From assembly GCA_019828565.1 (NCBI GenBank), contig JAHDYR010000053.1, positions 408,214 to 472,213 of the forward strand: a DNA stretch of 64,000 nucleotides, in the 5' to 3' direction. Below the pieces are notes generated by a model. That model was not told where the DNA came from, did not search any database, and saw only the letters and a program-made list of their open reading frames with translations. The position numbers and the translations under genes were made by a program. Below are positions 1 to 11,514 of the stretch, piece after piece. The stretch comes from Carpediemonas membranifera BICM. Lineage: Eukaryota; Protista; Fornicata. Each line of letters opens with the position of its first letter. Positions within the stretch are counted from its first letter, which is position 1.

Positions 1-401
1 GCAAATGAGCTTGCATGTGCGTGGGAAACGACGGTGTGAGCTCTGTATCTGACACGTGAGGACTTTCTAAATCACGATGAAACTCGCTCATGTTTTGTTG
101 TGGAATCTCAAGCGATCATGATGCGAACATCCGGAATATTCGCAGTGTGCTAATCTGACAAAACCAACGAACAGGCGACATGAATGAAGCACCCTGACAG
201 GGCCACAGCAACAGCCATTCTTGAGCCATTCTTGAGATTTCTTTCCGCAAGTCAGGCAGGCTGAATTTGTGAGAAAATGACTGCCAATAGCATGCTGTTT
301 ATGATCGTAATATGCTGTTAGCACACCCTAGTAGGCTCTGTGCTCGTCATTCTCGCCCAGAAATTCTTCACTTCGCATTTTAAGGAAGGAACGGCATCAG
401 G

Positions 402-1421
402 ATGATTCCTGGCTTAAAACGGGTTAAGCAGATCTCATATGCCAATATTCCTGCTGAAGCAAGGCCATCAGCCAATACAGGCCCCGGTGGCCCCGCAGTG
501 AACCTTGGAAGCTTGGATGTTGTGCGTCCACCATCAGCAAGAGACGACGAGGAGGCCTACCTGTGTATTTCAGGGTCCAAACGCAGGTTTCGCCCACCAA
601 GTGCGCATAGAATGTACCGGCCGATGTCTGCGACGCTTCCAACCTCGCCGGAAGAGACATCGAGCGAAACCCCGCGTTCTTCTCGCACAAATACCTCCAA
701 ACCATCTTACCAGCCAACCCGCGCGCAGTGGAGGACGCCTGCTACCCGGCCCCAGCCCAAGACAGAGCGGCCTCCTCCTAGATCCCGTCCAGCCTCCGCC
801 CAATCTGAACTCGAGAAAAAACACAAGCTCGCTGAGACCGCCCCATTCACGCCCAGGTCATACAGGCCAGGATCAGCCCGGCCATCGTCAGCCCGGTCAT
901 CATCATCCCGTCCTTCGTCTGCCCGACCCGCCTCAGCCCTCATCATTGAGCCCAAGGAAGTTACGAGCGCCCTTTCACTAGGCGGGCCCAAGCCCAACTT
1001 CCCGCGGCCCGGGTCAGCTAGGGGGATGCCTCTCCCTGTGCCGTCGATGGTTCGGCCCGGCACACCCCGACGAGCCGTGCCACACCCCATGGCCTCGCCC
1101 CGGCAGGGCTCGCGGAGTTCATCACGACCAATGTCAGCCCGCCCAGGCACACCAGTCATGGACACGCGGTCGACCTCACCGTTCGCCCCAAGGCCTGGCA
1201 CGGCTCCGCTGACTCCGGGCGGGAGTGTGAAGCATAACATTTATGTCTCACCCACCCTCCAGATGAGTTACAGACTGGCCCCGGCCAGGAATCTATCGCC
1301 CAGTGCAAGGAGTACGACTAGACTGCCCGTGAAGAAGCGGGGTGTCGTGCCCGTCCCGTTCCAGTTCGCCACGGCCGTGAGGGCGCGAGATAAGTCGGTG
1401 GGGCAGGGGCCGTGGATGTGA
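402..1421 (+). CDS. Hypothetical Pro/Ser/Arg-rich low-complexity protein (RPxSA/RPGT repeats)
   Basis: 339-aa ORF from ATG, repeated RPxSAR/RPGT motifs, no recognisable domain. Confidence 0.6.
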   Translation: MIPGLKRVKQISYANIPAEARPSANTGPGGPAVNLGSLDVVRPPSARDDEEAYLCISGSKRRFRPPSAHRMYRPMSATLPTSPEETSSETPRSSRTNTSKPSYQPTRAQWRTPATRPQPKTERPPPRSRPASAQSELEKKHKLAETAPFTPRSYRPGSARPSSARSSSSRPSSARPASALIIEPKEVTSALSLGGPKPNFPRPGSARGMPLPVPSMVRPGTPRRAVPHPMASPRQGSRSSSRPMSARPGTPVMDTRSTSPFAPRPGTAPLTPGGSVKHNIYVSPTLQMSYRLAPARNLSPSARSTTRLPVKKRGVVPVPFQFATAVRARDKSVGQGPWM

Positions 1422-1548
1422 GCGAGGGATTGTATCATAGATATTACCAGATACGGCTTGTCCGGTTAGTAAATCGCTGCCGCGTTTTTCAGCTTTTCCC
1501 GTTTCTTGCTTCAAACCATTTTTTCATGCCAAGTTTCGTCATTTATCA

Positions 1549-4548
1549 CTACTCGGTTACGTCCAGCTCAGCCACCTGCTGTGCCAACGCGTCCTCGGCC
1601 TCCTCCTGTGCCCGCTTCTTGTCAGGCTGTCCGGTCTTCTGGTTCTTCACCTTGCCCTTCTTCAAGGTATGCTCGGCAACCCAGTTGGCCTTGGCCTTGA
1701 GAACCGGTTTCTTGTTCTTGCTCAACTCAGCGGTCAGAGTCACATCAAATGAATCCATCAGATTCAGTGTCATATCTCCAATCATATCCTTAGATACGGC
1801 AACTTCTCCGAGTGTCCACTGGCCCTTCTTGGGCGATACAGTACTAGCAGGCAGCTGCTTGGCATCCATGTCAAACGAGTAGTCCAGCTCCGGGATATAC
1901 ATCATACATGTTTTCTCCTTGAGCACAACGATAAATGCACGATGATCTGCGCTCTTGGTCTTACGCTGGTGGTACAGGGCCCATAGGAACGCCTCTTCTG
2001 AGTCGGAACCGGCCTCCTGCTGCTGTTTCGTGCGCTCGTTGATGTTTTCGAGCAGGGCGTTGATCTCGGCGACGTCGATGCCCCTGTCCTTGAGGAACTG
2101 CATCTCCGTGGACAGCTGGACTTCGCCCTCCTCCTCTGCCTCGTCGTAATCGCCCAGTGCGAAGACGGCCTCATCATCGTCCACGTTGACCACACCGCGG
2201 CGCTGGCGGAGGTACTTGGGGAGCTTGCCGCCCTTGCCGAGGTCGCGCTCTTGTGGCACACTAGCCATGGCCGACGCCCTGGCGATGGCGTCTGCGGGGG
2301 GTCTGTGTGCCGCGGGCGGAGTGTCAGCGAAGAGACGAGTTCTCTTGGTGAAGCGGAGCTTTCCCTTGTTTGTCTCCATCTCGTAGTCCAGCGCCGCCTG
2401 CAGCAGTCTATGGACGATGATATCAGCGTATCTTCTGATTGGTGACGTAAAGTGCGTATACAGGGGAATGCCCAGGCCGTGGTGAACGAGGGCCTCTTCG
2501 GTGCCAATAGCAGGTGTGACGTATGCTGCACGCCACACGTGGAAGCGGACAGCCATGTACGCGAAAGCAGCACCCACAGCATCGTCGTCCTTACGGATCT
2601 TGCGGAGAGTCTCAGTGATCTGCTTGGTTGTCCTCGCGTTGAACTGAATCCCAGCACTTCTCGCCTCTTCCACAAGCTCCTCGAGCTTCTTCATCCCGAT
2701 GTGGGACCGGAGCAGTGCAGCCTCCGGGAACGCAGTAATGAGTCTACGGGCGACAAGCTGGTTTGCCGTGACCATGAAGCACTCGACTAGGGAGTGCGAG
2801 TCCATATGTGGGGCTATGAACGTGTCGAGGGGGATGCGACCAGAGTCGTCGAGCTTGAAGCAGAGCTTGTTGCTGTTGAGCTCGAGAAAACCGTGGGAGG
2901 CACGCTCCTTGTTCACCGCAGAGCCGATGGACCAGAGTGCGCGTACGGCGCTCTCCACAGCCGGCCCGAAGCCCTTGACAACAGGCCAGCCTGATATGTC
3001 GGTCGAGTCAACCTTGATCTCGACCTCGTCGTCGAGGATGTCCTGGGCAGCCTCGTAGCTTAGCCGAGCCTTGGGGTGGATAATAGTGCGACCAAACCAG
3101 ACGTCCTGGGGCGGCAGCGTGCCGTCGCCGTGCTGCTGCCATATGACGGAGAACGCGAGCTTATCGGCGCAAGGGTTGAGTGAACAGAGCTGTTCGCTGA
3201 GCTCGGCAGGGAGCATGGGCATGGCGCGGTCGACCAGGTACACGGTGGTGCAGTTCTTTGAGGCACGGCGGTCGAGTGCGGAGTCCGGCTTGACAAAGTG
3301 CGAGACATCAGCAATGTGGACGCCGACCTCGTACAGACAGTCGGCGGGGTGGTTGCCCTCCTTCAAGGTGCGGATGTGGAGCGCGTCATCGAGGTCCTTG
3401 GCGGTTGTAGGGTCGATTGTGAAGATCGCTTCGGTTGTCAGGTCGCGTCTGTTGAGCCGTTCTGACTCAGGGATGGTGTAGTTCGCACCGGGGAGCTCAG
3501 AAAGGATCTCTTCGCCCCAGGGATGGTGGTCAAAGCCGCGGGACTCCATAATGGACGCGGTGATCGCCTCGGAATCGGTATGGGTGCCGATGCAGCGTTC
3601 GTAGCGGGCCTTGGGGTGCAGGGCATCCGCGGGCCAATCCTGGACGACGGCGAGGTGCATGGCGTTCTTGTCGAACTCGCCGTTGGCCTCTAAGGCCTTG
3701 GTTACGGAGTTGATGGAAAGATCGAAGACGGGGAGCTTGTCGTTGAGCGGGATGAGGGAAAGACGGTCGGTCTCGCCCCATTTCTCGTGGGGGAAGCGGG
3801 TGCGCAGCATGCCGACCACGGTAGTGGGTTTCATGCTCTTGACGATGGCGATGACCTCACCAGTGGGCCGAGTGATCTTCTTGCTCGCCGTTGCCTCAGC
3901 AAGCGGCTTCAACTCTGCCTGGGCTTCGAGCCCATCGCCGTAGTACGCCCAGTACTGGCTGGCGGTCTCCTTGTCGTCGTTCTTCTGCCTACTCATGGTC
4001 TCACCGTTTTCCCACTGCTCGCGGGGTAGGAGACGTACGGCAACCTCGTCCATATGGAAGGCGCGGTTGTTGTGCTTGTTGTCGACGACAATATCAATGT
4101 CCCAGCCGGCCACTGTGACGAAGCCGACGCGGCCGTAGTTTCTATATTGGCCAATGAAGACCTGGCCTGCGGTAACGCCCTCAACGATTGTTAACGAGTG
4201 AGCATACGCCTTGTGGACCATGCGACGGGATGGACGCTTGTCGGAGCCGCGGTCTTGACCGCGAGCGTCTTGCTTGCCGCGGGATTGGCCGCCTTGAGGT
4301 TGCCTGCCACCACCCTGGGGCTTGTCAGAGCCGCCACGACCACGTCCACTGCGCTTACGGGCTGGTTTGTCGCCACTGGAACGATCAGGCTGGTTCTTGG
4401 CGCGGGATTCAGGTGCAGGGGCCTTCTTTTCGTGAGAAGGAGCTGTCTCGGCCTTGAGCGCTGGTGTATCGCCTGCACCGAAGAGCTGAGCAGCAAGTTC
4501 TTCACCTCCAGCTTGTTGCTGCTGGCGTATACGTTGTTTCTTCGACAT
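1549..4548 (-). CDS. DIS3L2: DIS3-like exoribonuclease 2 (RNase II/RNB family)
   Basis: RNB motifs TIDPTTAKDLDDALH, GVHIADVS, YTHFTSPIRRYADIIVHRLL and cold-shock NRAFHMDEVAV. No PIN domain. Likely start MSKKQ at 4548 (ORF is open to 4698). Confidence 0.85.
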   Translation of the reverse strand: MSKKQRIRQQQQAGGEELAAQLFGAGDTPALKAETAPSHEKKAPAPESRAKNQPDRSSGDKPARKRSGRGRGGSDKPQGGGRQPQGGQSRGKQDARGQDRGSDKRPSRRMVHKAYAHSLTIVEGVTAGQVFIGQYRNYGRVGFVTVAGWDIDIVVDNKHNNRAFHMDEVAVRLLPREQWENGETMSRQKNDDKETASQYWAYYGDGLEAQAELKPLAEATASKKITRPTGEVIAIVKSMKPTTVVGMLRTRFPHEKWGETDRLSLIPLNDKLPVFDLSINSVTKALEANGEFDKNAMHLAVVQDWPADALHPKARYERCIGTHTDSEAITASIMESRGFDHHPWGEEILSELPGANYTIPESERLNRRDLTTEAIFTIDPTTAKDLDDALHIRTLKEGNHPADCLYEVGVHIADVSHFVKPDSALDRRASKNCTTVYLVDRAMPMLPAELSEQLCSLNPCADKLAFSVIWQQHGDGTLPPQDVWFGRTIIHPKARLSYEAAQDILDDEVEIKVDSTDISGWPVVKGFGPAVESAVRALWSIGSAVNKERASHGFLELNSNKLCFKLDDSGRIPLDTFIAPHMDSHSLVECFMVTANQLVARRLITAFPEAALLRSHIGMKKLEELVEEARSAGIQFNARTTKQITETLRKIRKDDDAVGAAFAYMAVRFHVWRAAYVTPAIGTEEALVHHGLGIPLYTHFTSPIRRYADIIVHRLLQAALDYEMETNKGKLRFTKRTRLFADTPPAAHRPPADAIARASAMASVPQERDLGKGGKLPKYLRQRRGVVNVDDDEAVFALGDYDEAEEEGEVQLSTEMQFLKDRGIDVAEINALLENINERTKQQQEAGSDSEEAFLWALYHQRKTKSADHRAFIVVLKEKTCMMYIPELDYSFDMDAKQLPASTVSPKKGQWTLGEVAVSKDMIGDMTLNLMDSFDVTLTAELSKNKKPVLKAKANWVAEHTLKKGKVKNQKTGQPDKKRAQEEAEDALAQQVAELDVTE

Positions 4549-4858
4549 TCGTTTCGAGATGAGTTTGTGAGATGCTGTCTCGCGTTTTTTCTTGCACATT
4601 CCCTGCACATTGAAAAGATAGTCAACCTGAGGTGACTGAAGGCTCCTCGGTATGGTAACGAAGGTGGACCCTTTTCTTTTTGTGCGACCGAGCCCCACAA
4701 GCTAAGAGCTCCAGACGCGATTCAAGGAAATCTTTTGCGTTCAGCTTGTGGTACGCCACCCCCTCCTGTCACCTGTGTGGACCCAAGCACCATCAGTCGT
4801 CGACTGCCGCGCAAAACATGGACCCGCTTTTTATGCGCGTGAACATCATTTGGGCGGA

Positions 4859-5846
4859 ATGGACACGCTGCGTACAGCGTCGGCGTCGCTTCAATCGTCG
4901 TTGTTGACGTCGTACAATACAGCGTATACTAGTATCAATACCAGTATCAACAACTACATCGATACGGCGAACGCGCAACGATCGGCTGAATGGATGACCC
5001 GGGATGTCACAGCAGAGATTCATCCTACCGAATGGGCTGAGGATGCTGTGAAGACTGCAATCAAGGAGCACAAGGACAAGGATATGGTTCAGTGGCATTC
5101 AAAAGGGACGATCAAAGCAATGTGTCCCATTTGCAAAGGAGCACAGCGCCACCGCGTCCTCGTCCTCCGCTACAAGTGTGCCCGCGTAGTATGCGAAGGC
5201 TCATGCTCAGTCGAGCTCCGCTATTCCTTCTGCGACAACACTAACCGGGTATTCCTCGGAACGACTGGCTCGCACCATCTCAAAGCCCAGCGTGTACAGG
5301 AAGCACGCCGCGGCATCACAGTAGCCGTGAAGAAGGTCATTGGCCGACTGGTTGACCAGGGCATGAATCCCTCTGCCATTATGCATGAACTTCGGACGAT
5401 TCTGGAGGAGGTTGACCAGCCGCTGCCAACACTTCGTCAGGTACAGAACTTCGTATGTTTATGGTGTTTCATGTCTTATACAGGTATTCCGGTTGAAGCG
5501 CAAAGCTGACGCAAACGAGGGTCATGCCGAGTCAGCAGCTGCCGCTGCCCCCACTCATGCCCGCACCACGGCCACAGCCCATGCCCCCGCACCATCTGAG
5601 GGCACCCCACCCCCGCTCGGACCACCCTCCTGGCCCACGTCATCAATGCCTCTCGTCAAGACCGAGAACGACCCCCAACCCCGCCCCGAGTCAACCACAC
5701 AAATCACCCAGCCGCAGTCCAGGTCCAGGGAGCAGGCCGGGCTGAGCCCCACCGTGGAGCTGATGCTTCCTATCGGGATGGCCCTGCCGCCGCTAACGGA
5801 CACAGCTCATGATGACATCATCAACTTGGACCTGAAGCTCAACTAG
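4859..5846 (+). CDS. WRKY/GCM/MULE-type Zn-finger protein, 2 exons (intron 5453-5483)
   Basis: CPICK..H..YKC...C...C...GSHH followed by helical LPTLRQVQNF. A 31-nt GTATGT...TACAG intron joins QNF to VFRLKRK in frame. Confidence 0.55.
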
Positions 5847-5943
5847 GATGTATATATGTAGTTAACAGCAAGCACGCGATAAACCTCGTTGCATTATTCA
5901 ACGAACATTCGAATATCTACCATATATGTTTACAGGATTGGGC

Positions 5944-8004
5944 TCACCAGTTGTTCTCCAGCTTCACCTTATAAATCCTCACCATCCAATGTTGGGAGGT
6001 GAAGACCTCCTCAAAGTGCTTGAGCTTGATGTCCTTGTCCCCAATCTCGACGTTTCTCACGCGATCAAAGCCCCCTGGGAAACGGCGGTCAGTAACAACC
6101 TCCCCGAAGCGATGGAAGCAGAGGCGGTACATCAAGCTGTCGCGCATCGTCTTCGAGACTGACTTATCGACGGTGTACTGCCCGCGACTGTTGAAGTAAT
6201 CCTGCTCGTGGACACCCCCGAACTCACCGCCGCCGATACGTACCATCCACAGGAACTTGTTGATGTCGTCACTGCTATAGCCCACCAGACCGCCGAACAC
6301 GACGAGAACGTAGTCAACATCGAGCAGACGGATCGTAACGATGGCGTCATCCTCGTTTTGGGCGAAAGCGCGGCCGACCATGGCTATATGGGTGTTATTC
6401 CAGGTGTTGTTGTCCACGATGGTGGTGCGGTTGCTCATCTGAGCGAGCTGGTAGCCGTAGTCCCACCAGGACATCACCTTGGCGTCCTCGGCGGTGTTGT
6501 GGTCCAGCCAGGAGTACGCCTCGCGGAAGTCGTCGAACACTACGCGGCCCGTGGGCGTGTTTGCCATCAAAACGACGGAAGGGGAGGAATACGCCTCAGA
6601 GGTGGCCCATACAGAGTGGCGGGTGAAGGAAACGAGCAGGCCGACGAGGAAGACGAGAGCTGCGGCCGCGCCGACCACCGCCTTCACGTCCTTGGCGTTG
6701 ATTCGACTCCGGACGGCGGTCGTGAGGCTGTCAAGAACCCTGGAGAGCGCTAAGGCGCCGAGGAGGCAGGAGACGGGCGCGAGGATGAGCATCATGCGGA
6801 TCATAACGCCAGAGAAGTACACAGCGCACACGCCGTAGAGCAGGACGAAGAGGTTCGTGTCCGTGAGGCCGTCCAGGGCAAAGTAGACGCCCGCGGGCAC
6901 GAGGAAGGCGAGGATGTGGAGATCGAAGAAGAAAGAGCCCCATGTGGTCGGCTGGTGCTCAGAGACTGACGCTATGATGGGGATGTGGGCCTTGGCGTAC
7001 GTAGGATCGAGGAAGGACTTGAAACGGCCCGACCAGGGCGTGACGAAGCCACTCAGCTCCAGGGCGACCGTGACGGCGAAGAAACCTATCACTGCAGTCA
7101 GCCCGACGTTGCGGAAGACGCGGCGGAGGTCGTGTTCGGGCAGGCGGGAGCTGAGGTAGCGGAGGACGCCGATGCCCTGCATGAAGACGAAGATGCCGGC
7201 CGCAGCGAGGTGCTCGGCAGACTGGATGGGCTGGTAGTTGATGAAGGGGATCTGCATGGTCATGACGATGCCGAGGACGTAGAACGTCGTGTAGGCTACG
7301 TGCAGTCTAACGCTGTAGCGGCCAACGAGCACAGAGACGAGCGTGTAGAGGGGCACGAGGTTGATGATGAACACATAGGCGCCCCAGCTCGCGGCCATGT
7401 AGAAATATGCCGCGGCAGTGAGTGCGGCGAGGAGGACGGAGCCGTGGCGGACGGCCTTGATCCAGAGGAGGTAGGCGAAGAGCAGCGCGAAGATACTCAC
7501 CGCCTCGTTGTCATAGGAGCCGGCCACGGAACGGGAGATGTAGGCGGGGACAAGCGCCATCAGCAGGGCCGCGAGGAGGCCGGTGCGGTCGTCACGCATG
7601 TCCTTGCCGAAGAAGTAGGCAGTGATGGCGGTGAGGCCGGCCATGAAAGGCGCCAGGAACACGCAGGTGTCGCGGATGCTGATGAAGATGTGGAAGTAGT
7701 TGAGGACCTTGAAGAGGATGGCCGCGGTCGTCATCAGGCCCGGGAAGAGCGTGCCACCGACGATACGGCCGATGGGGTACCAAGTACGGTCATCGAACCA
7801 GTTCTGGAACTTCTCAAAGCCGTTTTCGATGAGGTAGATGGTCGCACGGTAGTTGAAATAGGGATCAAACTCATGAATCACGCTTTCATACCGAATGACG
7901 GCGAAGAGGCGAACACCAAAGGCGAGAATGAAGATTGAAGCTAATATAACTATGTTCAATGCCTTCATGGACGTCTCCGACGCAATGCCGTCGTCCTTGA
8001 CCAT
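5944..8004 (-). CDS. STT3: Oligosaccharyltransferase catalytic subunit STT3
   Basis: IHEFDPYFNYR, SRSVAGSYDNE, SVSEHQP, WWDYG, DNNTWNN, SSDDINKF motifs. Likely start MVKDD. Confidence 0.97.
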   Translation of the reverse strand: MVKDDGIASETSMKALNIVILASIFILAFGVRLFAVIRYESVIHEFDPYFNYRATIYLIENGFEKFQNWFDDRTWYPIGRIVGGTLFPGLMTTAAILFKVLNYFHIFISIRDTCVFLAPFMAGLTAITAYFFGKDMRDDRTGLLAALLMALVPAYISRSVAGSYDNEAVSIFALLFAYLLWIKAVRHGSVLLAALTAAAYFYMAASWGAYVFIINLVPLYTLVSVLVGRYSVRLHVAYTTFYVLGIVMTMQIPFINYQPIQSAEHLAAAGIFVFMQGIGVLRYLSSRLPEHDLRRVFRNVGLTAVIGFFAVTVALELSGFVTPWSGRFKSFLDPTYAKAHIPIIASVSEHQPTTWGSFFFDLHILAFLVPAGVYFALDGLTDTNLFVLLYGVCAVYFSGVMIRMMLILAPVSCLLGALALSRVLDSLTTAVRSRINAKDVKAVVGAAAALVFLVGLLVSFTRHSVWATSEAYSSPSVVLMANTPTGRVVFDDFREAYSWLDHNTAEDAKVMSWWDYGYQLAQMSNRTTIVDNNTWNNTHIAMVGRAFAQNEDDAIVTIRLLDVDYVLVVFGGLVGYSSDDINKFLWMVRIGGGEFGGVHEQDYFNSRGQYTVDKSVSKTMRDSLMYRLCFHRFGEVVTDRRFPGGFDRVRNVEIGDKDIKLKHFEEVFTSQHWMVRIYKVKLENNW

Positions 8005-8456
8005 TTTCGGGTTTGTCGTTGCATAAACTGCACTTTCCAAGACTGGGCGATATGCGCCCCAGCGCACTCTCATGGACCATAGAGTACCCAATACGCTCCA
8101 TTCGCTCGAAACTATTTTTCCCAAACACATTGCCTCGCCACCCGCAGACGACCAGGCATCAGACCAGTATCAAAGTGCGGCCCCAATAACAACTCGCCCA
8201 CTACCACAATACATGTTTTACACCTAGGCATTGAGTGCCCGGAGCTCCGTACTGAGTCCAACTTCTACTGAGGACCTCCACGGCCTGGCTAAAACGGCAT
8301 TGTCGTGCTGCCGCACCCCCGTGACCTCAATCAACTTCAGTATTTCAGCCTGAGTCACGTCGGGCGAGCATTTGGAATAGACCCCGACACCACCTTGCTC
8401 CGCTGAGCTATTCTGAACGATGTTCACATCTAGTGATCGTCAGCACAACCCAAAAC

Positions 8457-8972
8457 TCAGGACAGCAGTAGTGCTGTGGCCTGCTCCATAGTCAGCCCAC
8501 GCCTGTCACCCTCGCCCTCGCTGTACCGCTCCAACAAGACGTCTGCCTGGCCCCACACGTCCTGGTCCGACAACGCCTCACTCGACCAGACTCGGAGGAG
8601 GTAATAGAGCTCGCCACGGTTCAGCATGCCGTCCTTGTCCATGTCCCACATGCCAAAGACGGCCTTGAACCTCTCCTCGGGGTTAATGTGGGTGAGTTTG
8701 TGTGTGGCGAGTAAGAGGTCTTCGAACTCCACAACGGCGTCGGAAGAAGCCTCTTTGCCCGCTGATTCGTTGAATTGGCAGATCACATGGTACATCAGTG
8801 ATGGAGATGGGCTGTCGGCAAGCTCGGAGAAGTCTCGGACGCACACTACGCCGTCGCTCGAAGAAGAAAGGGCGGTGAACTCCTTGTGGAGCCTCTTGAT
8901 GACTCGTACGGGAAGACTAGTTTGTTTGGAAATGCGACTTGCATCAGCACTGCTGAGAGTTGGCTTTGCCAT
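8457..8972 (-). CDS. EF-hand calcium-binding protein (calcineurin B-like)
   Basis: FGMWDMDKDGMLNRGEL EF-hand and IKRLHKEF N-terminal motif. Confidence 0.7.
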   Translation of the reverse strand: MAKPTLSSADASRISKQTSLPVRVIKRLHKEFTALSSSSDGVVCVRDFSELADSPSPSLMYHVICQFNESAGKEASSDAVVEFEDLLLATHKLTHINPEERFKAVFGMWDMDKDGMLNRGELYYLLRVWSSEALSDQDVWGQADVLLERYSEGEGDRRGLTMEQATALLLS

Positions 8973-9163
8973 CGATCGGAATATTTGTGCCGACTCCTCG
9001 ACCCGCCTTCTCCCCGCTCATTGCTAAGAGGTGTGGGCCACACCAGGCCGGTGTCTGTAGTAGTATTCAGCGGCCATGCAGTTGTGGCACATGTCGTCTG
9101 ATATGAAGTACCAGGTAGGGCGACTTATTTATGCAATTTAATCTGTTCATAAACCTATCCACA

Positions 9164-11206
9164 CTAACTAGTGGCCCGTGCGGCCGGGGTCGACTTATGG
9201 CTCGTCTTCCGTGGAGTCTTTGTCTTTCTTGCGGTAGTCTTGGCCTTCCGCGCGCTCTTCAGAGCCTTGCCTCTCCCCTCCGATGTCTTGCCCATGTCCA
9301 AGGTTGGCACGGCAGGATCCTGCTGCTTCTTCTCCTCAGGTGGAAGCCGGTCCAGCTCGGCCTCGAGACGGTTGATCTCCTTCTCCATCTCTTCCATCTC
9401 AGAGCCCCGCAGTTTAAGGGTCTCCGCACTCTTGGCGAGGAAAGCGGCGTGCTTCTCCTTGTACTCCGCCTCCATTCGCTCCTCGAGGTCCAGGTTGTGC
9501 TCCTCCTCCTCGAGCTGGGCCTTAGTGGCCGCCGCCGTCGCCTCGGCCTCTCTGAGCTGCGCCTCAGTCCCCTCGTGTGTCTGCTTCAGCACCACTCTGC
9601 GATCCGCCACCTTTGCAGCGAGATTCTCGGCCTCCTGCTCGATGGTCTCGATCTGGCCCTTCAGGGTGACCTTCTTCTCTGCGTACTTGATCTTCATGAC
9701 GTCAATCTCTGTCGTCACGACCTCCACGTACTGATTAGCGCGGGCAGACGCCTGCTGCTCGACCATGAGCTCCTGCTGCACGCTCTCGAGTGTCTTTTGG
9801 CTACTATGGAGCCGTGCAAGCTCTAGCTTCAGCTTCTGTGGCCTATTGTCCTTCGTCGAGTGCTTGTTACGAAGGCACGCCTGCTTGATAAGCTTGATCG
9901 TCCCATGCGACACCTGGTTCCCTGTGATGTCCACTGACACAATCGAGGAGCACTGCTGGATAGTCTGAGCTATCATGTTGCCGCTCTCCTCGTCGATATG
10001 GTTGTCATTGAGTCTGAGCGAAGTCACCGTGCCCGTCGACACCTCGGTCCAAGCCTGACCCTCGAGGCGTCCGCACGCGGCCTTGACGAGCTCGACTGAC
10101 CCTGGCCCGCCGAACCTGCACGTGCTGAGCTCGAGGACAGCGAGCTCGGTTCTTGGGAGGACCGAGGCAATCCTCTCTATCACTGAGCTCGTGAGCGGGT
10201 TCTTGTTGAGCTTGAGCTCGACCAGACTGGGCGAAAGGAGCAGGTCTTCGCAAAGGGCGCTCGTCGAGGCAGGGGTGATGCCGTTGTTAGAAAGGTCGAC
10301 CGCGCGAATCTTACGACAGGTGGCGAGGGCTTCGCATAGGGGCACTACACCCTCGTCGTGGAGCTCACAGGAGCGTAGGGAGAGGTTCTGGATCGTCTCA
10401 TGGTCCTTGAGATAACTCACGAACAGAGGGAAGTGGCCACCGCCCAGGTCGTTTCTAGAGAGATTGAGTGTGGTCAGCACGCTGTTCTGGACTGCTGGGC
10501 CGAGGTTGTTGGCCAGACAGAGCGAGTTGAGTCCGTTTCCAGAGAGATGAAGGGTTTGGATGCTCGTGTTCGTACGAAGGCCTTCGGCGATGGGAACAAG
10601 GCCGGAAGGCTCAATGCAGTTGTCAGAGAGCATGAGTGTTGTCACGCTCCGGTTGACGCGAAGCATCTCGCCGATTGCGGTGCATGCAAGCTTTGAGCCA
10701 TCCCCAATCATGTTGCCGTTGAGTCCAAGGTGCTGGAGCGTGCGGTTTGAAGTCACACCGTTGGCCAGTGCTGCCGCTGCGTCCGGACCGATGCAATTGG
10801 GATGATAGAAGCGCACAGTGTAGCCGAGCTCGAGCTTCTTGAGAACGTTGTCGTACTTGAGGTCCTCTGCCAGTGGGAAGATGGCGTCGGGGCCAATGTC
10901 GTTGTTTCCGACATCCACGGTCTCTACAGACTGGCAGATCTTCATGGTCTGAAGAAGCGCGCTGAATCCTACAGAGCGGATGAGATTGCCAAAGAGGTTC
11001 ACTATCGTGAGCTGGGTGCCCTCATAGCGCTTCAATAGAGTGATTATAGCACTGGGACCAAGTCGGCACTTCGGGAATACCACTTGGCCGGGCGGAGAGG
11101 CCTCGGCGATGGAAACAAAGTGTGAGAGGCCGTCATTCGTGGGAATCTCACCAGTATCCTTGCACATCGCTAGATATACTTCCTTAAACAATCCGTTCGA
11201 CGCCAT
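9164..11206 (-). CDS. Leucine-rich repeat protein (RI-like LRRs) with C-terminal coiled coil
   Basis: Many LxLxxNxI/L repeats followed by an E/K-rich heptad region. Confidence 0.85.
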   Translation of the reverse strand: MASNGLFKEVYLAMCKDTGEIPTNDGLSHFVSIAEASPPGQVVFPKCRLGPSAIITLLKRYEGTQLTIVNLFGNLIRSVGFSALLQTMKICQSVETVDVGNNDIGPDAIFPLAEDLKYDNVLKKLELGYTVRFYHPNCIGPDAAAALANGVTSNRTLQHLGLNGNMIGDGSKLACTAIGEMLRVNRSVTTLMLSDNCIEPSGLVPIAEGLRTNTSIQTLHLSGNGLNSLCLANNLGPAVQNSVLTTLNLSRNDLGGGHFPLFVSYLKDHETIQNLSLRSCELHDEGVVPLCEALATCRKIRAVDLSNNGITPASTSALCEDLLLSPSLVELKLNKNPLTSSVIERIASVLPRTELAVLELSTCRFGGPGSVELVKAACGRLEGQAWTEVSTGTVTSLRLNDNHIDEESGNMIAQTIQQCSSIVSVDITGNQVSHGTIKLIKQACLRNKHSTKDNRPQKLKLELARLHSSQKTLESVQQELMVEQQASARANQYVEVVTTEIDVMKIKYAEKKVTLKGQIETIEQEAENLAAKVADRRVVLKQTHEGTEAQLREAEATAAATKAQLEEEEHNLDLEERMEAEYKEKHAAFLAKSAETLKLRGSEMEEMEKEINRLEAELDRLPPEEKKQQDPAVPTLDMGKTSEGRGKALKSARKAKTTARKTKTPRKTSHKSTPAARATS

Positions 11207-11514
11207 CTGATGCGTCTCAGAAAGTATGTGTGATCGTTTGGTGGTTGGAATTTTGCCTTTATCGTCAATGTAACGCTATGTATATCGCAAATCAAGGCTA
11301 CCAACGCACAAGTGCGGGGCATGCCGTGTCATAGACTGCCATCTCAGTCCAATCGGACCGAAATAGCAGCAGCGCACCAAACACACAGTGCTGCAACCAA
11401 GAAGCGCGGGATGGGCGGCAAAGTATGATATAGAAACAGGAGGGAGAATGTCGGTTGGATGTGGAAGGAGAGGTGGCTTGGCGCTGGGGTCTGGGCAGCT
11501 GGGCTAGTTCGTCA

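Noticed and set aside
8224-8427. Small ORF as a second exon of the EF-hand gene
   Set aside because: A branch-like GCTGAC and an AG are present, but no convincing donor or homology
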